Source of the DNA: a virus | Lineage: Duplodnaviria; Caudoviricetes | Direction: 5' to 3' (one strand) | IMG/VR virus record: IMGVR_UViG_3300029224_000058 | Location: 1-48,355 of that record | DNA length: 48,355 nucleotides | Shown: positions 28,100 through 39,000 of the stretch, piece after piece | Numbering within the stretch: the first letter of the stretch is position 1 | Layout of the letters: each line of letters starts with the position of its first letter | Translations under genes and position numbers: made by a program | Notes under the pieces: model-generated | Told to the model about the DNA's origin: nothing | Seen by the model: only the letters and a program-made list of their open reading frames with translations | Databases searched by the model: none

Positions 28100-31000
28100 G
28101 TGGATAATCCTGTAAGAAACACGCCAAAATTAGGTATGGACGCTGATACTAACGTAGAGGGTCTTCAAAACGGCAAGTATATGCCTAATGCTTATGATAT
28201 ACGCCATAAAACAACCAATGGAAACACTACTAATAATGCTCAAAATATATTAGGAAACAAATTTGTATATGCTGGAGGTTCGGTAACTCGACAAAATAAA
28301 AGAATTGCTATTGCTATTAACGCATTAGTAGCGGGAAGCGGCACTATAACGTTCAAATCTTCGGGCAATGGGTTTTCTTTTACCACAGCACCCTTTACTA
28401 TTCCTTTAAACGATGTAGAAACCGCTATAAATAACGCCGTTTCCGCAGCAAATACTATTCTATCCTCTTTTGGTGGTGTTTCTGAGATTACACCTGAAAG
28501 GGTAGTGAATAGTAATACCTCTGCTTCTTATGTAATAGAAATAGGGGGGCTATCACAAAATAATCAAGGTGTAGATTGGAATATTACAGTAACAGGCAGT
28601 CAGACAATTCTTTTTGACACACAAGAGGCGATACCACAAGGGCTAACAGGAGATTTAATAAAAACCTCAAACATCGTTTTAAACGATAGAAACTTTCAGC
28701 TATGGACAACACAGCAGGAACTCCCTGAAACAGGGGATGTTGTAGAAGCCTCTAACGCTACACCAATACGCATCACCGAAAGGACAGAACACGGATTAAG
28801 CGTAGGCGATATAACAGATATTAGCGGTGTAAAAAGAAATATAAATGCTAACGGAAGATGGTTTGTAGGCAGCGTAATAGATGCTTTTACATACGAGATA
28901 TTAGGCAGTAGCCCTTCGGGTGTAACAGCAACAATATCTATACTTTCGGGAGTACAATATCTTTCCACAGGAAAAGTATTGCTTACCACTACTTCGGCAC
29001 ACTCTATTTCAAATGGAGCGAAGGTTTTTATTATAGGTTCAGATGCCTCTGTAAATGGTGAAAGCACCGCAACGGTTATTTCTACTACTACCTTAGTAAT
29101 AGATAGTAGTACTTACGTTGCTAATTTTGGTGCAGGGGGAACAATTGTTCAGATAGCAAATGCAGCACATAGTCCATCGGGATTAGGGGAAATAGGTGTA
29201 GTAGAAATTGATGTTAATAACATCCATACCTATACCCGACTATTAAGGAGTACCGAGTTTAATTTTAGGACAAAAAAGCAGCAAGATGTTGTAGGAGAAT
29301 TTTATAATAACACCTATTCAATATATTGGGACGATGATTATAATACGGGGAGAGTTTTCTACTATGACTATAAAGAAAGTGTAGGATTTATAATCGATGG
29401 CGCAATAAAGTATATCAACAATATTGGGCGTTATACCTATGGGAACATTTCTTCGGGATTAAACCTAATACTAATCCCTAACACTGTTACAATAGATTAT
29501 GAAGGACAGCTACAAAGTGGTGGATTTTTAAGAGTTGGCAATAAAAGGTATGCCGTAAGTTTGCTAACAGAAAGTTTAGAAGGCACAAACTTCTCTAAGT
29601 TATCGCAACCTATACCTGTTTTCGCTGCTAATACTAATAACCCTACTAATATATTAGGAAACGCGGCGGGAGAAGGCAGTTCTAAGGCGAACCAAATTAG
29701 AATAAGCGGAATTGACCCCGATGTATTTCCATTGATACAGGTAGCGGTAGTAGAATATGAAGGAGGTTCGTTTACAGGTAGTATAATAGGTAGGTATAGT
29801 GTTCCCGTTGGTGGCGAGTTAGTCGTTACCCATTATGGTAATGAAACGGGCGCAGAAAACTTAGATATAACACTACTAAACCAACTTACGGCAGATATTC
29901 AGAGTGCAAAAAATATAGAGATATTAGAAAATAGACTTATAAGAGCAAACATTACCGCTACATCAGAATATGATTTAACGGAATGGGCGCAGGAATCTAA
30001 ATATAGGCTTAAAAAAGGAATTATGACTGCTGTGGGTAGCGGTGAAAACCCTGTCTTTGGTGAATACCAAAACCCTGAAAATGTCTTTAGGTTTTCTTCG
30101 GGAATGCTAAAAGAAACCTATCGCATAGGATGCCAGTTAGAAGATGCAGAAACAGGCGTATGGACACGGGTATATCATATTGGTGATTTTAAATTTGATA
30201 CCGCCGCTATTGGAGGTCGGAGATTAGAAACATTATTAGATTACAACCTAACGGATACACCAACACCCCCTAATGATGCTACTGAAACATATTATTTTTA
30301 TCTAACACTTGAAGGGTTTGACTGGGATTTTGTATTACCGAATGGGAAAACAATCAGAAACCAATATAGAAATATCAGGTTTTCACGGGCAGAGATAAAC
30401 ACGAGAACAGTATTACAAACAGGAGTACTAAGCACAAAATCTTCCGCAGGAGTTAGTAATAGAGTAAATGTTAACCCAACATACCTTTCTGCTGCGGGAA
30501 CAGGAACAACGCCTACCACCGCTTATATCCCTATTGCTACTGATGTTTTAAGGCAAGCAGGAGTGTTATTTTCCCCCGATACTATTATTGGAGGTCAGGA
30601 TATTGCTTTCATTAGCGGTGATGAACTTCATGTTTTTGGACAGCCATTATTTCAAAAATTGCGGGCTACGGGAGGAGGGTCAAGCACTTTGGGTTCTGCG
30701 ACACTAACAGAACTATACGGAGCGGTTGCACCCGTAGCGGTAGAACACAATTTAAGTGGAATACAGCCTATTTCACTCAATGAATTAGTAACCATAGTAG
30801 GGGTAGATATACGAGGAGATGGGGAGGTGGCAGGGGTAGGCACAGGGCTTGAGATAAGAGGGGGAAATGCCTTTGTAATAAACACTACTTTTATTACAGA
30901 TACAGCAGCATTAATGGCTAATGATTATGGTATTTATTACTATCAATATTACCGCCCTTCTACAAATCAGTATGGAAGCCCCGAAAATAATCAGTGGATT

Positions 31001-32908
31001 GACCTTAGTGCTATTTTTAGTATAGACACGAGTTCTTTACCAACAACACAATACGATTTTTATTTACAAGACTGCTTTACTCAAAAAACGTATATAGACC
31101 TTTATGAACCGAATAATTCGGCGGCACACAGTAAGATAATAGGGTTTTATTCACAGAATATAATTAATAGTCAACTGCGTTTTGAAGACGGCACTGATGC
31201 TTATATATTCCCAAAAGCACAGGGTTCAAACGCCCCCTTTGACAATAGAATAAACGAAGTTACTATATCAAGCAATAAAGAACCATATAATTATAACTTA
31301 GGATATAGCTATCCTGTAAGAGTACAGTCAGAGGTAGGGTATGACGTACTATTCCCAAAACAGGGTAGTTACCCTACTCGTGTTATTTATTCTGCTTTTA
31401 AGCCCAGTGGCTCTTTAGTAGATTATTTCAGGACATTTTTACCCTTAGACTTCTACGACCAAGATGAAAAATTCGGAGAATTACTTTCTATAAAAGCAAT
31501 AAATGGAGAGTTATATACGTGGCAGGAAAGGGCTATGTATAGGCAGTTTTTCTCTACTCGTGCAGAATTTAGAAGTGCGGATGGAAGTCAAACAATAGTA
31601 GTAGGTAGCGGCAGTGTATTTACACAGAGGGGGCGTATGATAAGTGCTATTGGGCTTACCCACAAATGGGGCATTAACCTTGTTAAAACAAATAAAGGTT
31701 ATGATGCTGTATATTGGATAAACACTAACTTAGGAAAGCTAATGCGCTTTGCGGGGGATGGCTCTCGTGTTGTTAGCGAAAATGAAGCGGGAGGGTCTCG
31801 AATGAGAGCTTTTTTAGCAAAAAACTTGCAATGGACATTAGATAAAGACACCCCCGCCGATAATGAAGGAATACATATAGGGGCAAATCTTAGATATTCC
31901 GAAATATACCTTACAGTAAGAGCTAAAAAAACTACTGCCGAATATGTAGGTGCTACTACCTATAACTTAGGAGAAAGCGTAATATATACGCCTAATTTAT
32001 ATGAACGTAATTTTGAACAAACAGGGGAAATATACGAATATATTAACGCCAGCCCTGCTTCGGGAAATTTACCGACAGATACTTCCTATTGGAAAAAAAT
32101 AGAACACAGCAACAATAAATACTATAATGAATATACATTAGTATATGATGAAGATAGAAATACTTTTGAGTGCTTTTACCACGTAAAACCGACAATATGG
32201 GAAACGTGGAATAATAATATATATAGTTCTCGTCCTGTGGGTACTCGTTCACGAATGTATATACACGATAGAGAGAAATATGGATTGTGGTATCCCGAAA
32301 ATGGAGAGACGTTATCTGATATTACAAAAAACGCAGGTTCTTTCTCTATTTCTGGAAACGGCACTGCCTTTTTGTCAGAGTTTCAAAAGGGATATGGAAT
32401 ACTTGCAAATGGAAACACTTTATTTGTAATATCGGCATCAAGTAATACGGCAATGATAATGGACGACATTTATATTGATGCTAATGGAGATGTTCAAACA
32501 GGGGCGCAAGCACTTTCTTTTACAGCCGCAGCATATACCCCAATAAGCCAACAGTTAAGACACGGGTATATAGAAGTAGTATTTAATATAGAGCCACAGA
32601 GTTTAAAAGATTTTAGCGCAATTTTGGCTGATACTGCTTTGATGCCATATAGGGTAGATTTTTTAACTAATACACAGGCGAGCTATTTACTACGCAGTGA
32701 TGGTGATTTTACCGACAGGAGTGATGGTGATTTTTTTATTAGCCCTATAAAGAATGATATAACTGGGACAGGTATTAATAGCGGTGATACATCTCGATTA
32801 CGTGGACAGTGGATAAAGGTCGGTTTTACCTTTAGATATTTAGAAGAGCAAGAGATAAACGCTATTATTGTTAAAATGAGAATTAATCAAAGAAACTTTA
32901 ACCGATAA
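28100..32908 (+). CDS. tail stabilization/muzzle (nozzle) protein
   Basis: 1602 aa; N-terminal GMDAD, ETYRIG, C-terminal RLRGQWIK; position typical of Bacteroidota podoviruses. Confidence 0.75.
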   Translation: MDNPVRNTPKLGMDADTNVEGLQNGKYMPNAYDIRHKTTNGNTTNNAQNILGNKFVYAGGSVTRQNKRIAIAINALVAGSGTITFKSSGNGFSFTTAPFTIPLNDVETAINNAVSAANTILSSFGGVSEITPERVVNSNTSASYVIEIGGLSQNNQGVDWNITVTGSQTILFDTQEAIPQGLTGDLIKTSNIVLNDRNFQLWTTQQELPETGDVVEASNATPIRITERTEHGLSVGDITDISGVKRNINANGRWFVGSVIDAFTYEILGSSPSGVTATISILSGVQYLSTGKVLLTTTSAHSISNGAKVFIIGSDASVNGESTATVISTTTLVIDSSTYVANFGAGGTIVQIANAAHSPSGLGEIGVVEIDVNNIHTYTRLLRSTEFNFRTKKQQDVVGEFYNNTYSIYWDDDYNTGRVFYYDYKESVGFIIDGAIKYINNIGRYTYGNISSGLNLILIPNTVTIDYEGQLQSGGFLRVGNKRYAVSLLTESLEGTNFSKLSQPIPVFAANTNNPTNILGNAAGEGSSKANQIRISGIDPDVFPLIQVAVVEYEGGSFTGSIIGRYSVPVGGELVVTHYGNETGAENLDITLLNQLTADIQSAKNIEILENRLIRANITATSEYDLTEWAQESKYRLKKGIMTAVGSGENPVFGEYQNPENVFRFSSGMLKETYRIGCQLEDAETGVWTRVYHIGDFKFDTAAIGGRRLETLLDYNLTDTPTPPNDATETYYFYLTLEGFDWDFVLPNGKTIRNQYRNIRFSRAEINTRTVLQTGVLSTKSSAGVSNRVNVNPTYLSAAGTGTTPTTAYIPIATDVLRQAGVLFSPDTIIGGQDIAFISGDELHVFGQPLFQKLRATGGGSSTLGSATLTELYGAVAPVAVEHNLSGIQPISLNELVTIVGVDIRGDGEVAGVGTGLEIRGGNAFVINTTFITDTAALMANDYGIYYYQYYRPSTNQYGSPENNQWIDLSAIFSIDTSSLPTTQYDFYLQDCFTQKTYIDLYEPNNSAAHSKIIGFYSQNIINSQLRFEDGTDAYIFPKAQGSNAPFDNRINEVTISSNKEPYNYNLGYSYPVRVQSEVGYDVLFPKQGSYPTRVIYSAFKPSGSLVDYFRTFLPLDFYDQDEKFGELLSIKAINGELYTWQERAMYRQFFSTRAEFRSADGSQTIVVGSGSVFTQRGRMISAIGLTHKWGINLVKTNKGYDAVYWINTNLGKLMRFAGDGSRVVSENEAGGSRMRAFLAKNLQWTLDKDTPADNEGIHIGANLRYSEIYLTVRAKKTTAEYVGATTYNLGESVIYTPNLYERNFEQTGEIYEYINASPASGNLPTDTSYWKKIEHSNNKYYNEYTLVYDEDRNTFECFYHVKPTIWETWNNNIYSSRPVGTRSRMYIHDREKYGLWYPENGETLSDITKNAGSFSISGNGTAFLSEFQKGYGILANGNTLFVISASSNTAMIMDDIYIDANGDVQTGAQALSFTAAAYTPISQQLRHGYIEVVFNIEPQSLKDFSAILADTALMPYRVDFLTNTQASYLLRSDGDFTDRSDGDFFISPIKNDITGTGINSGDTSRLRGQWIKVGFTFRYLEEQEINAIIVKMRINQRNFNR

Positions 32909-33582
32909 TGCAAACATTAAAAAGCATAGTACAGGAGGTAATAGCAGGTGTAGAAGGCGGTGTTTTTACTGATGAAACAAAGTTTGAAGAGGGCTACATA
33001 CAGGAGATAGTGCATCAAGCAAGGGCGTTGCTGTTAAAAACGCAACATCCTATTAGCCAGTTATGGACAAATGAATACCACCCCCCTTATAGTGAAGACT
33101 TGCAAGAGAATGATTTTTGCGAGATTAAAATTGCTATACCTACACCTATTATCTTTGACAATCAAGGGGAAGGACTGCTATATCTCGGCGGGAAAGATGG
33201 CAGAAGCCCCTTTAAAAGGATAGGGTACTTAGGAGATGAGAGCATAGAATATGCACATCCTATAACAACACCTCGAAAAGGAAGGATTAGTTTTTCTATT
33301 TCAGCAAAAGATAAAGATTTTTTTGTTGCTAAAATTTATGGTAATGTTACCTTAGAAAATATTTTGGTAAGAGTAGTTGCTTACGACCCTACGAAACTGC
33401 CTTCTTTTAGAGAAGACAAAGACCTGTACCCTATTAGTGGAGAGTTGTTAACGGAGTTAAAATCTATTTTGATAAGACTTTTATCTCCCGAAGCAAACAC
33501 CCCTCCCGATGTATTAGGAAATACAAGCGGTGAATTAAATGATGTTTATAGAGCATTAAATGCGTTTAAAAAGAGACAATAA
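32908..33582 (+). CDS. tail ring-type structural protein
   Basis: MQTLKSIV...HQARALL...DP...YPI pattern; stop overlaps the muzzle gene. Confidence 0.65.
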   Translation: MQTLKSIVQEVIAGVEGGVFTDETKFEEGYIQEIVHQARALLLKTQHPISQLWTNEYHPPYSEDLQENDFCEIKIAIPTPIIFDNQGEGLLYLGGKDGRSPFKRIGYLGDESIEYAHPITTPRKGRISFSISAKDKDFFVAKIYGNVTLENILVRVVAYDPTKLPSFREDKDLYPISGELLTELKSILIRLLSPEANTPPDVLGNTSGELNDVYRALNAFKKRQ

Positions 33583-33618
33583 CTATATTTGAAGTATAAA
33601 TATTAAAAAAGCACTATT

Positions 33619-33741
33619 ATGAAGAAAATGAAACCAACAAAAAAGGGATACGGTATGAAAAAAACCACTACTAAAAAATATGCAGGTGGTGCTAAAATGA
33701 AAAAGACGGTAGTAATGAAAAAAGGAACGAAAAAATATTAA
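33619..33741 (+). CDS. 40-aa Lys-rich peptide, possible DNA-condensing virion core peptide
   Basis: MKKMKPTKKGYGMKKTTTKKYAGGAKMKKTVVMKKGTKKY; fills the gap; TATATTTG box at 33584-33591. Confidence 0.75.
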   Translation: MKKMKPTKKGYGMKKTTTKKYAGGAKMKKTVVMKKGTKKY

Positions 33742-33752
33742 TTTTACATAAT

Positions 33753-34541
33753 ATGGAAGATGGTGCTGCGAAAAAAAATAAAAGAGAGGCGTTAATAAAT
33801 GCGGGAATAGGCGCATTAGGATTAGCAGCACCTGTTGTAAAGGGTGCTTACGGTATTTATCAAGCATATCAAGCAGATAAAAGAATAAAACAACTTGGCG
33901 AAAGACCAACCTTTAAGATAACTCCAGAAATGGATAAAAGCTATAAAAGGGCGGAGCGTGATGCGAAGTTTGGGTATAGTTCAGAGGAAAGAAATGCGTA
34001 CCAACAACGCCTTGAACGTTCTCGTAGCCAAATATTTGGCAGGGGAAAGATAATAGGCGGTGGCGGTGTTGCGCAAGCACTAAATGCAGCGGTACTAACT
34101 AACCAGTTAGGAGCTGAATTAGACTACGCCGCTTCTGACGCACAACTAATAAGGCAGAAAAGACGGTATGCGGATAGACGTGGTGATGTTATCTCAAACC
34201 AAAGAAATAGAATAACAGCAGAAAGAATTAATTATAGAAATAGAGTAGAACAGGCACTTGGATTAGCAGGTAGTCAAGGGAATCTTAATGCCGTAGAAGC
34301 AGCAAGTGAGTTTATACCAGCAGCAGGATTATTAGGGGCATATCTATATAACCCAAAAGAAAAAAAATCACTTTCAAGAAAAGATGCTGGAATGGGAAAA
34401 AGAGTAGCTCCGTTATTACAGTCAAGGCAACCGAATTTTGGATATAACACGCCTAACACGGAAATACAACGCCCTATGTTTGGAGAAGGTAGTTTATACG
34501 ATAACCGAAGAGTTAAATCACCAGTAGAAAGGAGGTTTTAA
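33753..34541 (+). CDS. internal virion/ejection (pilot-like) protein
   Basis: Gly/Ala-rich hydrophobic N-terminal helix, Q/R-rich coiled coil; first of three cargo-type genes. Confidence 0.65.
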   Translation: MEDGAAKKNKREALINAGIGALGLAAPVVKGAYGIYQAYQADKRIKQLGERPTFKITPEMDKSYKRAERDAKFGYSSEERNAYQQRLERSRSQIFGRGKIIGGGGVAQALNAAVLTNQLGAELDYAASDAQLIRQKRRYADRRGDVISNQRNRITAERINYRNRVEQALGLAGSQGNLNAVEAASEFIPAAGLLGAYLYNPKEKKSLSRKDAGMGKRVAPLLQSRQPNFGYNTPNTEIQRPMFGEGSLYDNRRVKSPVERRF

Positions 34542-36064
34542 TGGCAGAATTAGCAGAAGCACTCGCCCTACAAGGGAGACCCGTTACTCCAAAAGCAAGC
34601 ACCGCTGTAAAGGATTTTATAAAAATAAGCGAAGGCAAAAAAAGGGAAAAGGTCGCCAAAGAAAAGGCGCAAGAGAAAAAGGATAAAGAGATTGAAGACT
34701 TAGTTTACAATTCCGTAGATGTCGATTTCAATAAAATACACCCTTTTAATAAGCAAAATGCGGTGAACTTGTCAAGTGATTTTACTAAGAAAGCGACAAG
34801 AAGTCAACAAAGCCCGAATTCTCGTTCGGTAATTAATAACTTAGGGAATGAGTTAAAAGCAAATCTATCAGAACTAAATAATGCCTCAAAAAATATTTAT
34901 TCGTTTGAGAAATATTTTCAAAGCGGGGGATACCTTAACGATGAAGACCTAAAGGTTTTCAAATATATAGAAACAGGTAATCCGTTATACATAAAAAACT
35001 ATGATTTAAAAAAATCGGCAGCTATAAAAGCATTTGACCCTGAAACGGGTAATATTATATTTGATGAATTCAAAAAAATGAACCTTGCTGCTTATGCTAC
35101 TAAAAAATATTTCGCCCCTAAAGAGCGGGTAATGGGGAAAGAGGGGCGTTTCGACATTATAGGGGATGAGTACGACAAAGAAGAAATTAGAGATGTTGCA
35201 GAACAGGACTTGATAGCAGATAAAGGAGGCAACTTGTGGAAAAATGCAGAGTTAATGTTTAGAGAAGAAGTCTTGAGTGAGTTAGAAAAAGAGATAAACC
35301 CTATTACAGGAGAAAAGATATATGATGAAATTGATGCCAATACACTTAAAGACCCTACTTTTATAGAAGATTATGAGGAGGCTCTTATAGAAAAATATGG
35401 TAACTACGCTTCGGGACTTGATAAAAAATCAAAACAAGATTTACGTGCAAGACCGAGAGCAAGAGTCAGTAAAAAATCAACTAAATACGCCTCTACATTA
35501 GAAGGTTTTGGGTGGGAGAACAAATCCGATGGATATTATAATGGGGGTAGCGGAGAAGATATTAAATATACCGCAGAATGGAGAGGCAGCACGCAACCTG
35601 TATCCCTAAACTTATCGGGTAGCAGTAGGTTGTTTAATGCAACTAATGGTGATTTTGAGCCTAACTCTGCCACCAGCAAATACCAAACAGCAGAAATAGA
35701 GATAGCACCGATATATACCAGTGGAAACAATAAGGGAAAACCCGTTCCCGATAGTAGGTTAGAAGAAGACAAAAATCTTTATGAATATGAAAGTATAATC
35801 AATTTAAGGAAAACGTATAAAGATGAGGATAAGCAGACTATTGAAGAAAAATATATCGTTCCTTTGCCAAAGGCAAGAACGGCGTATTATTTAGGGCTTT
35901 CACAGAGCGAGAAAAAAGCAGCTTCAGCCCAATTTAAAGTGATGGGAGAAGAGGTCGATAGGCTTAATAAGGATTTGAAAGAGAGCCTGAATAAGGGGAG
36001 GGAAAAGGTTGAAGAGAAAACATCTGAAACTACGACTATGCGTGATAAATATAGAAGGAAATAA
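34541..36064 (+). CDS. internal virion/ejection protein
   Basis: Charged helical protein between the pilot-like and giant genes. Confidence 0.6.
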   Translation: MAELAEALALQGRPVTPKASTAVKDFIKISEGKKREKVAKEKAQEKKDKEIEDLVYNSVDVDFNKIHPFNKQNAVNLSSDFTKKATRSQQSPNSRSVINNLGNELKANLSELNNASKNIYSFEKYFQSGGYLNDEDLKVFKYIETGNPLYIKNYDLKKSAAIKAFDPETGNIIFDEFKKMNLAAYATKKYFAPKERVMGKEGRFDIIGDEYDKEEIRDVAEQDLIADKGGNLWKNAELMFREEVLSELEKEINPITGEKIYDEIDANTLKDPTFIEDYEEALIEKYGNYASGLDKKSKQDLRARPRARVSKKSTKYASTLEGFGWENKSDGYYNGGSGEDIKYTAEWRGSTQPVSLNLSGSSRLFNATNGDFEPNSATSKYQTAEIEIAPIYTSGNNKGKPVPDSRLEEDKNLYEYESIINLRKTYKDEDKQTIEEKYIVPLPKARTAYYLGLSQSEKKAASAQFKVMGEEVDRLNKDLKESLNKGREKVEEKTSETTTMRDKYRRK

Positions 36065-36066
36065 GT

Positions 36067-39000
36067 ATGCCCGAAGAAAAAACATACCTAATCGGTACAG
36101 AGGTTTTTGATGTTCCCGATAATGAAGCAGAAGCGTTTTTAAAAGAAAACCCGAAAGCTATTGAGGCACAGTCATATACTATTGGAAAAGATACTTTTGA
36201 CGTTCCTATTTATGATGTTGAAGCGTTTTTAAAAGAAAACCCGAAAGCCAAAACATTAAAAAAAAAAGTTTCTGGAAAAGGTTTATTTGGTGGTTTTCCC
36301 GAATTGCAGGATGCTCTCAATATTAAAAGAAAAGATAAAAAAAATCCTAACTGGTTAGAAAAAAACACAGTAGTAACTACTAATAAAGAGCCGTTTTCAA
36401 TAGAACAAGGGATAAAAAATGCTACACAAGCGCAAACAGTAGAACAAATTGAAAGTGCCGTAAGAAAGAAATTAGCCCCAACTACTCCCCCTGAACTTTT
36501 AGAAGTCGAAGTTCAGAAATTCATTAAAGAGAATACTGGTCAACAAGAAAATAAAAGCCGTAAGGTAAAATTTACTGATATAGGTTTAAAACCCGATGAT
36601 TTTTTTACCCTATCACAAAAGGCAATATTTGATAAGCCATATATTAACCAAGAGGAAGTAACGGAGTATTCTGCTGAAATCCCTTCACTAAATGCTTTTG
36701 AAGAAAGTTCGCTAACACCTAAACTTACTCGTTCTATCCTGAAATTATTAAAAGAAAACCCTGAATACCGATTAGATATTCAAAAAGATGTTGATAAAAA
36801 GGGCAATAAACTTTCTGCCAGCGACCAAGAGAAATACATACGGTTAGCTACTTTTGAAACACCTGAAAATAAAGCAGCACAAGAAACAATAAATAATATT
36901 CAAAACTCACCCTTTTATGATGATGTAAAGCGATACTTTAAAGGGGCAAAAGAGCTAAATGAACAACAAAGGCTATTCAATCTAAAACACCCTGATTTTG
37001 AGGCTGCTAAAGCACAGTTTGAAGAGACTTTAGCACAGAACCCTAACGATGAAACAGCGTTAGCATATTTAGAAGAAATAGAGCAAAACCCTGATTATAT
37101 TGCCCTTCAAGAGGCTGCGATGGGGCTAACAGAAAGTGTAGAACAACATTTGCTTTCCGATGGGCAAAACAGGATAGAAGAGGCTATAAAAGAGTATGCT
37201 TTAGCAGCAAACCAAATATTTGAAACACAAGATGAATATCAAAACGCACTAAATAGCAGTAAAGCAATTCGAGAAAAAAGAGAATTAAAGTCTTATAAAA
37301 AAGCCCTCACCGAAGGTAAAATATTAAATGACCCTATGCTTAATCCGTTTGGAATGCGTGGTGATGATACTTATTCAAAATCAATACAAGATTTCAGCAA
37401 TAGTACTATTGATGTTATTGACGGAATAAGCAGAGTAACAGCAGAAGCATATAAATCTATTTCAGAAGCATTATTAGGCGCAGAAGGCGCACGCAAAGAC
37501 CGCCTTTTTAGAGGGGCAGATGTTTTTAGTAGTTGGGTAGGGGATAATTTAGATGAGCTAAAGTTTGAGAACGAACCAGCAGGTGATGTTTTAAATGAAG
37601 ACGGGACTGTTAATGTAGAAAATATTGTACGAGGAATTGCAGGGGCAACGCCACACTTTTTAGCAATAGCGGCGGGAAACCAATTAGCAGCAGCAAAAAT
37701 AGGAAAAGCATTAGGGATAGGGGCTAAAGGAGCGAATACTATTGCCACAGTAGGCGGAATATACGCAACTTCTTTTGCTCAATATTCTGATTTAGCAGAT
37801 GAAATGGGAATTACAGGCAGAAAAAAGGCTGCTTTTACTCACGGAATGGCACTAAACGAGGGGCTATGGGAAAGCATATTGCCTAACAACAAGGTGTTTA
37901 CCCGTAGCATAAGAAAGCAGCTTGTAAAAGACTTTGCTGAAAACATAGTAAAAGGCGGTAACAAAAAAGCATTAAAAGAGGCTATTAAAAATGCTGGTAG
38001 AGTAGTAGCACGTGCAGGGTTTGATGGCAGTCTTGAAGCGATAGAAGAAGTTGGCGTAAACTATACAAACCCATACTTAAACAAAATAGTAAACAGTTTA
38101 GGAAACAAGGGGCAAGATTTATCTACCGAAGCACCAACCTTAAACGAAAATCTAAATGCTATTGTACCTGCTTTCTTTTTAAGTGGTATTCCAAGTGCTA
38201 TTTCAAGTGCCTCAAGCCTAACGCTAAAGCAAAGTCAACTGATGCAGATAGCAGCCAGTGATATTGACGCTACTTTAGAATTAATAGAAAAAAGTGGTTT
38301 CTCAAAAGAGCAGAAGAAAAATTTAGCAGTAGTATTAGAAACATATAACGTTCTTAATGAGCAAATGCCTGATGTAGGTAATGGCAAAAAGGCATACGTT
38401 ATCCCTCGTATTACTAAGATTGAAGAACTAAAAGAACGGTCTCAAGACCCTGATAGAAATGAAGCATTAGTAAAAGCTGATGAACAGGAGATTAACACCT
38501 TGCAAAAGGAGGTTAATGATGCCTTATCAATGAGTAATAAGGACTTTAAGGGAATATACGATAGAGAAATCTCCGAAAGTTTAGAACAAAAAGAATCTGA
38601 AAGTATTGATAATAAAGAAGACACGACCCTTGACGATACTACTGAAAATGTAGAGGAAAAAATTGTTAATTATGAAAATATAGAATTTAAAGGAAGTCAA
38701 CAAAGTTCGAGTGATAACAGTATAGATTTTGAGTACAACCTAATGAAATCACAAGGTTTCGGATTAAGTTCAACAGGATATAGTCATTTTGACATGGGCA
38801 ATGGTATTAGTGGGATAATAAGAATAAAAGACCATGATGCTAATTCAGACTATATAGAAAATGATTTAGAAAACGAAGAAATAGGGGCTTATATTAATGT
38901 TGTCTCGATAGGAAAAGCAGACACTAATTTTAGTGGATATACATCGGAGAAACAATCCAATGAAGAGTTAACGGAATTATTTAAAAAATATGGCAAACCT

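Noticed and set aside
33583-33909. Phe-rich minus-strand ORF
   Set aside because: Antisense shadow of the Lys-rich peptide and the pilot-like gene.
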